NCBI GenBank assembly: GCA_045047115.1
Contig: JASFYR010000021.1
Coordinates: forward strand, 32,190 to 96,189
Length of the DNA stretch: 64,000 bases
Source of the DNA: Sulfurospirillum sp.
GTDB lineage: Bacteria; Campylobacterota; Campylobacteria; Campylobacterales; Sulfurospirillaceae
Reading direction: 5' to 3'
Shown here piece after piece: positions 57,739 to 64,000 of this stretch. The position numbers were made by a program, and so were the translations under genes. Position 1 is the stretch's first letter. Every line of letters starts with the position of its first letter. The notes below the pieces were generated by a model. It saw only the letters and a list, made by a program, of their open reading frames with translations. It was not told the DNA's origin and ran no database searches.

Positions 57739-59073
57739 CTAATATCTCGAGAGGTAATTTGTATCAAAATTATTGTTTATAAAATCCTCATTATTCATCA
57801 TTTTTAGATGGAAATCCCTCACCGTAGCGACACCTTCTATGATAAGTTCACTCAAAGCTTCTTTCATCTTGATAATTGCTCTGTCCCTGTCTTCTCCCCA
57901 AACGATTAACTTTCCAATCATGGAGTCGTAACAAGAAGGTATCACATAATTTTGATAAAGGTGTGAGTCAACCCGCACATTTCTTCCGCCAGGCGCTACA
58001 TATCTTATAACTTTTCCCGGACTCGGTATAAACTTCACAGAGTCTTCTGCTGTAATTCTACACTCTATGGAGTGGCCTCTAAATACTATCTTGTCTTGAG
58101 CAGGCAACACTTCATCTTGCGAAACTCTTATCATCCACTCGATGATATCCAAGCCACTTACCATCTCACTGACGCAGTGCTCTACCTGAAGTCTTGTATT
58201 CATCTCCATAAAATAAAAATTCTTGTCGCTATCTAGTAAAAATTCAAAAGTTCCGGCATTTTCATAGCCTATGTATTTCACTGCTTTTATCGCTACTTCA
58301 TGAAGATTTCTTCTTGTTTCTTCATCTAAAATCTGAGCTGGTGACTCCTCTATGAGCTTTTGGTGTCGTCTCTGCAAGGAACAGTCTCTCTCGCCTACAT
58401 GTATAGCATTGCCGTGTGTATCACCTATGATTTGCACCTCTATATGCCTGGGATTTTTTATAAACTTCTCCATATAGAGTGTCCCGTCACCAAAAGCGAC
58501 AGTAGCTTCACTTTCGGCCGAAAGATAAGCAATCTCAAGATCCTCTTCTTTTTCTACGACACGCATACCTCGTCCGCCACCACCAGAACTTGCTTTTACA
58601 ATAACAGGGTAGCCTATCTTCTTCGCCAACTCTTTGGCTTCATCTATACTCCCAAGTGCTCCTTCGCTACCCTCTATGACGGGAACTCCAGCTTTTTTCA
58701 TCACCTCTTTTGCTTTTGACTTATCACTCATCAAAACCATAGAATCAACAGACGGACCGATGAATTTTAGTCCGTGAATCTTACATATCTCAACAAAATC
58801 CTGATTTTCACTTAAAAATCCATATCCCGGAAAAACAGCATCACAGCCGCTAATCTCAGCAGCACTGATGATTGCAGGGATATTTAGATAACTTTCACTA
58901 GACTTATCTCCTCCTATGCAGATACTTGCATCGGCATATTGCAGATAGAGGGCATCTTTATCTGCAGTCGAATAAACAGCAATGGCTTGCTTACCCATCT
59001 CCTTTATAGTTCTTATCGCACGCAGGGCAATTTCACCCCTGTTTGCAACTAGAATTTTTTTAATCTCTGCCAT
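57739..59073 (-). CDS. accC: Biotin carboxylase
   Basis: ANRGEIA, PGYGFLSE, GGGGRGM, ERDCS.QRRHQK, EMNTRLQVEH; start overlaps the accB stop (TGATG). Confidence 0.96.
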   Translation of the reverse strand: MAEIKKILVANRGEIALRAIRTIKEMGKQAIAVYSTADKDALYLQYADASICIGGDKSSESYLNIPAIISAAEISGCDAVFPGYGFLSENQDFVEICKIHGLKFIGPSVDSMVLMSDKSKAKEVMKKAGVPVIEGSEGALGSIDEAKELAKKIGYPVIVKASSGGGGRGMRVVEKEEDLEIAYLSAESEATVAFGDGTLYMEKFIKNPRHIEVQIIGDTHGNAIHVGERDCSLQRRHQKLIEESPAQILDEETRRNLHEVAIKAVKYIGYENAGTFEFLLDSDKNFYFMEMNTRLQVEHCVSEMVSGLDIIEWMIRVSQDEVLPAQDKIVFRGHSIECRITAEDSVKFIPSPGKVIRYVAPGGRNVRVDSHLYQNYVIPSCYDSMIGKLIVWGEDRDRAIIKMKEALSELIIEGVATVRDFHLKMMNNEDFINNNFDTNYLSRY

Positions 59074-59528
59074 CAAACTTTCTCCACACCAAAAAGAGGC
59101 ATACCAAACTCTACAGGCTCGCCATCTTCCGCAAGTACACTTAGTATTCTGCAATCAAACTCCGCCTCGATTTCATTCATAATTTTCATTGCTTCTATGA
59201 TAGCTATGGTTTGTCCTTTTCTAACAACATCCCCTATCTTTACAAATGACTCGCTTCCCGGACTGGGAGCCACATAGAAAGTTCCAACCATCGGTGATTT
59301 TATACTCAAACTATCATCTTTGCTCTTTTTTTCCGGTGCTGGTGAGGCAACTGCTTCAAAAGCAGTCTGCTGAGCCGGGGCACTTTGAACTGGCGCTGAA
59401 ACTGCAACAGGCGCACTCTGAAATCCTTTTTGTAACTCTATTGAAAATTCCCCGTCTCTAATCTTTACTTTTGTAATTCCGCTCTTATCAAAAAGTCGCA
59501 TCAAATCCCTAATCTCTTGTTTATTCAT
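59073..59528 (-). CDS. accB: Biotin carboxyl carrier protein
   Basis: SPMVGTFY, EAMKIMN. Confidence 0.96.
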   Translation of the reverse strand: MNKQEIRDLMRLFDKSGITKVKIRDGEFSIELQKGFQSAPVAVSAPVQSAPAQQTAFEAVASPAPEKKSKDDSLSIKSPMVGTFYVAPSPGSESFVKIGDVVRKGQTIAIIEAMKIMNEIEAEFDCRILSVLAEDGEPVEFGMPLFGVEKV

Positions 59529-59586
59529 CCCATTCTCCTAAAGTAAATTGTGATATAATACCATATATTTGGTAAGGATAGAGTAA

Positions 59587-60147
59587 ATGGGATTAAAATC
59601 AGACAGATGGATTAGAGAAAAATCGCTTAACGAAGAGATGATAAAACCTTTCTGTGAAGAGCAGGTGGGTACCGATGTAGTAAGCTATGGAGTCAGTAGT
59701 TATGGTTATGATATAAGAGTAGGATATGAGTTCAAAATCTTTACAAATGTCAGCTCAACTGTAGTAGACCCTAAAAATTTTGATGAGAAAAATGTTGTGG
59801 ATTTTGTTGGAGACATCTGCATAGTCCCGCCAAACTCTTTTGCGCTCGCTAGAACTGTAGAGTACTTTAAAATTCCAAAAGATGTACTGGCCATCTGTCT
59901 TGGAAAAAGCACTTATGCAAGATGTGGAATCATAGTAAATGTTACTCCTTTTGAGCCAGAATTTGAAGGACATATCACTATAGAGATAAGCAACACAACA
60001 CCACTTCCAGCAAAGATTTATGCAAACGAAGGTATAGCGCAAGTGCTGTTCTTAGAAGGCGATGACCAATGCCAAACAACCTATAAAGACAAAAAAGGAA
60101 AATACCAAGGACAAGAGGGGATTACGCTGCCTAGAATTTTAAAATAG
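59587..60147 (+). CDS. dcd: dCTP deaminase
   Basis: [29 protein letters not shown]. Confidence 0.95.
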   Translation: MGLKSDRWIREKSLNEEMIKPFCEEQVGTDVVSYGVSSYGYDIRVGYEFKIFTNVSSTVVDPKNFDEKNVVDFVGDICIVPPNSFALARTVEYFKIPKDVLAICLGKSTYARCGIIVNVTPFEPEFEGHITIEISNTTPLPAKIYANEGIAQVLFLEGDDQCQTTYKDKKGKYQGQEGITLPRILK

Positions 60148-60907
60148 CCTCTTTTAAAGTTTTTTCAAAATCCGGATGATGAAAAACTTCTGCATGAGTG
60201 GTATTTGTCAACTCTGCAAAAAGAACCAAGTTTTTTATCTTTTTTATCAGTTTGGCAGTATTGGTATTTGGTACTGTTATATCATCTTTTACCTCTATGA
60301 TGGCAACCGGGGTTTTGATTTTTGAGATATATTTTGTTGATTCAAATTTGTACTTGAGCAGTAAATCTATAGGCAAATAGGGGTACTTCTCTTTTGCCAA
60401 AGAAGCAATGGAATCATAAGGCGTTATCAGCACAAGCCCTTTAACCTCTCTTTTACTAGCCAGATACGAGGCGACTCCCGTGCCTAAACTTCGACCAATC
60501 AAGATGACTTTTAAATTTTTTGCAAACTTATCATAGATTTTTATCGCGTCTTTAAAAAGATTTTTTTCACTTGGTTTTCCGCCGCTATCCATATACCCTC
60601 TATAGTTAAATGCCAAGATATTGAAATCTTTCAAACCCTCTACATATAACAAAAATCTTGTGGCATCATCGCTATTGCCTCCAAAGTATATGATAAGGGG
60701 CGCATCATTTTGTTTTGATTTTTCATATACACCATGCAAAACTACACCTTTGGCTACTTCCAAGGAGACTTTTTCACTGCCTTTAAGCTCTATTGGCGGA
60801 CTTTTCTCAATTTGTGCATAGTTAAATATTTTAGAATCCTGAGTAAAATACACATATGCCACAACTGCCAAATATATAAATAGAGCCATAAACAATACTG
60901 TTTTCAT
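60131..60907 (-). CDS. Alpha/beta hydrolase
   Basis: YFGGN, NYRGY, nucleophile elbow GRSLG, terminal His. Confidence 0.88.
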   Translation of the reverse strand: MKTVLFMALFIYLAVVAYVYFTQDSKIFNYAQIEKSPPIELKGSEKVSLEVAKGVVLHGVYEKSKQNDAPLIIYFGGNSDDATRFLLYVEGLKDFNILAFNYRGYMDSGGKPSEKNLFKDAIKIYDKFAKNLKVILIGRSLGTGVASYLASKREVKGLVLITPYDSIASLAKEKYPYLPIDLLLKYKFESTKYISKIKTPVAIIEVKDDITVPNTNTAKLIKKIKNLVLFAELTNTTHAEVFHHPDFEKTLKEAILKF

Positions 60908-61482
60908 TTGATCACTTTCACTGTCATATCGTTTTTTAGGTATCCATCAACTATAAAATACTCCAAACCCTTTTGTTTCGCAAACTCTTTGATATCATCT
61001 TTTGTCTGATAGTTAAAATTTTTACTCTTCACATAACCTTGCAAAATATTGAAAACTATGCCTTTTTTTGAACTTTCTAAAATTTTCTCCAAAAAGAGCC
61101 AAGTATCAAAAGAAGAGAGTACATTTAGACTTCCGCTTGCAACATACCAATCTGCCAGAGGCAACTCGTCTTTTAAGACATCCTTGCATGCAAAGCTCAA
61201 ATCCACAAACCTCTTTTTTACTACCTCAATAGAATTTTTAACACAATCTAATCCAACATACTTCTTGGGGAAAATCCTCCTATCCATCCAATAAGCATAC
61301 AACTCCCCAAACCCGCATCCAGCATCTACAATCTTACTTCTTTTTATATCTTTTCCTAAAATATCAGTGATAACCTCAAAACGGACTTCTTGAGACTCTT
61401 TGGAGTTCCAATTCACCCCCTGCGCTGTTATACCATACTTTTCGTAGGCTTTTAGATAAAATTCTTCATTGTTTATTGACAT
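60904..61482 (-). CDS. Class I SAM-dependent methyltransferase
   Basis: IVDAGCGFG; W.S..SQ..RF; the longer track ORF would overlap pseB, so the start is set at 61482. Confidence 0.85.
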   Translation of the reverse strand: MSINNEEFYLKAYEKYGITAQGVNWNSKESQEVRFEVITDILGKDIKRSKIVDAGCGFGELYAYWMDRRIFPKKYVGLDCVKNSIEVVKKRFVDLSFACKDVLKDELPLADWYVASGSLNVLSSFDTWLFLEKILESSKKGIVFNILQGYVKSKNFNYQTKDDIKEFAKQKGLEYFIVDGYLKNDMTVKVIK

Positions 61483-61539
61483 ATCAAATTGTACCACAAT
61501 TTTAAAGGGAATTAAAATTGCTTTTAAAGAAAGAAATAA

Positions 61540-62549
<1,010 letters not shown>

Positions 62550-62550
<1 letters not shown>

Positions 62551-63668
62551 TGGAACCTATACACTATGGCAAGCAAAGCATAAACAACTCTGACATAGAA
62601 GCAGTCAGTGATACTTTGACCTCACCTCTTATCACAACAGGGCCAAAAGCAGCTCAATTTGAAAAAGCCATCTGCAAAATCAGTGGAGCAAACTATTGTG
62701 TGGCAGTCTCCAGTGGTACTGCAGCACTTCATCTTGCATCTTTGGTGCTTCTTAAAAAAGGTGATTTGGTACTTACTACTCCAAATTCATTTTTGGCTAC
62801 TTCAAACTCTGTACTCTACGCAGGTGCAAAGCCTATATTTGTAGATATTTGCGAAGATGGAAGCATAGATTTAGAGTTATGTGAAAAAGAGCTAAAGAAA
62901 AATAGCAACATAAAAGCGATTTATGCAGTTTCTTTTAGTGGCAAACTTTTAAATCAAGAGAAATTACAACAATTAAAAGAGACTTATGATATAAAAATCC
63001 TTGAAGACAATGCCCACTCCATAGGAGCAATTTACAAAAACACGAAAGCGGGAAGCTGTGAAAATTCCGATATATCCATATTTTCATTTCACCCTGTCAA
63101 GACAATTACAACTGGAGAAGGAGGAGCAATCACAACAAGCTCAAAAGAGCTATATAAAAAACTACTCTCTCTAAGAAACCATGGTATAGTAAAAACTCCC
63201 GACATGAAACCGTGGGAGTACGAGATGAGGAATCTGGGCTTTAACTACCGCATAACAGACTTCCAGTGTGCATTAGGTCTGAATCAACTAAAAAGACTTG
63301 GGCTCTTCTTAAAAAGAAGAAGAGAGATAGCCAAAATATATCATGAGGCCTTTAAAAATAGTAATATAAAACCGTTATACCCTTACAATACTAACTCCGC
63401 TTATCATCTTTTTGTTGTAAAAATCAAAAATAGTATCATATCCAAAGAAGAGATTTTTCAAAAACTATCAAAAAAAAATATAAGAGTCCAGCTTCACTAT
63501 ATGCCTATAAACAGACAACCATACTATAAAAAGCTAGGTTACGGAGATGAAAAAACTCCCATGATGGATAGATACTTCAAGGAAGCTTTCTCTTTGCCAA
63601 TCTACCCAAACTTAACGATAAGAGAGCAGGAGTATGTAATAGAAAATCTCTTGGAGATACTTAGATGA
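62550..63668 (+). CDS. pseC: UDP-4-amino-4,6-dideoxy-N-acetyl-beta-L-altrosamine transaminase
   Basis: YGKQSI, SFHPVKTITTGEGG, LGFNYRITD; follows pseB. Confidence 0.9.
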
Positions 63669-64000
63669 GCAGGTGCATAGCTATCATCCCTGCCCGTGGT
63701 GGCAGTAAGCGCATACCAAAGAAAAATATCAGAGATTTTCTAGGTAAACCACTTATTGCTTACAGCATAGAAGTCGCATTGGCATCTAATCTTTTTGAAA
63801 AAGTAATCGTTACAACTGATGATGAAGAAATTGCAGAGATTGCAAGAAAATATGGGGCAAAAGTTCCTTTTCTTCGTCCTAAAGAACTTTCAGATGATTT
63901 TACAGGTACACAAGATGTAATAAATCATGCTATAGCCTATCTTGAAAATCAAGGTGAATACTATGAATATATTTGTACCATCTATGCAACAGCTCCTCTA
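63665..64000 (+). CDS. pseF: Pseudaminic acid cytidylyltransferase, 3'-truncated by the window edge (absent from the ORF track)
   Basis: Manual translation MSRCIAIIPARGGSKRIPKKNI...RPKELSDD...IYATAPL. Confidence 0.88.
   Translation, partial: MSRCIAIIPARGGSKRIPKKNIRDFLGKPLIAYSIEVALASNLFEKVIVTTDDEEIAEIARKYGAKVPFLRPKELSDDFTGTQDVINHAIAYLENQGEYYEYICTIYATAPL

Noticed and set aside
59074..59154. N-terminal extensions in the ORF track (accC; also torD-like, response regulator 16392, methyltransferase 61635, MFS 46945)
   Set aside because: They overlap neighbouring genes or palindromes; downstream starts have an RBS or stop-start coupling

Overview
AT-rich chromosomal region of a Campylobacterota (Epsilonproteobacteria) genome. 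Gene content and order are Campylobacter/Sulfurospirillum-like; a marine or vent origin is only inferred. Main blocks: (1) 1.7-20.3 kb, a tungsten/selenium formate dehydrogenase locus with an archaeal-type WtpABC tungstate transporter, a ModE-like regulator, fdhD, fdhCBA (in-frame TGA/Sec plus SECIS in fdhA), a TorD-like chaperone, a polyferredoxin, and a divergent binding-protein/kinase/regulator trio translationally coupled to selA-selB. (2) 20-36 kb, signalling, chemotaxis and polyamine genes. (3) 36-47 kb, an accessory copper-resistance island that ends in a eukaryote-type phosphagen (arginine) kinase. (4) 47-64 kb, housekeeping genes (moaDE-moeA, mqnA, gdhA, upp, malic enzyme, gltX, accBC, dcd) and the start of the pseudaminic acid cluster (pseB, pseC, pseF). 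Unannotated structure seen directly in the DNA: a 271-bp cruciform element with covarying arms and relatives elsewhere in the window, a shared ATATGC-N7-GCATAT palindrome before wtpA and fdhD, a near-identical 48-bp RBS-adjacent hairpin before fdhA and moeA, and three copies of a direct-repeat box before the copper promoters. No rRNA, tRNA, CRISPR array or transposase was recognised. All product calls come from motif recognition by eye, not database searches.
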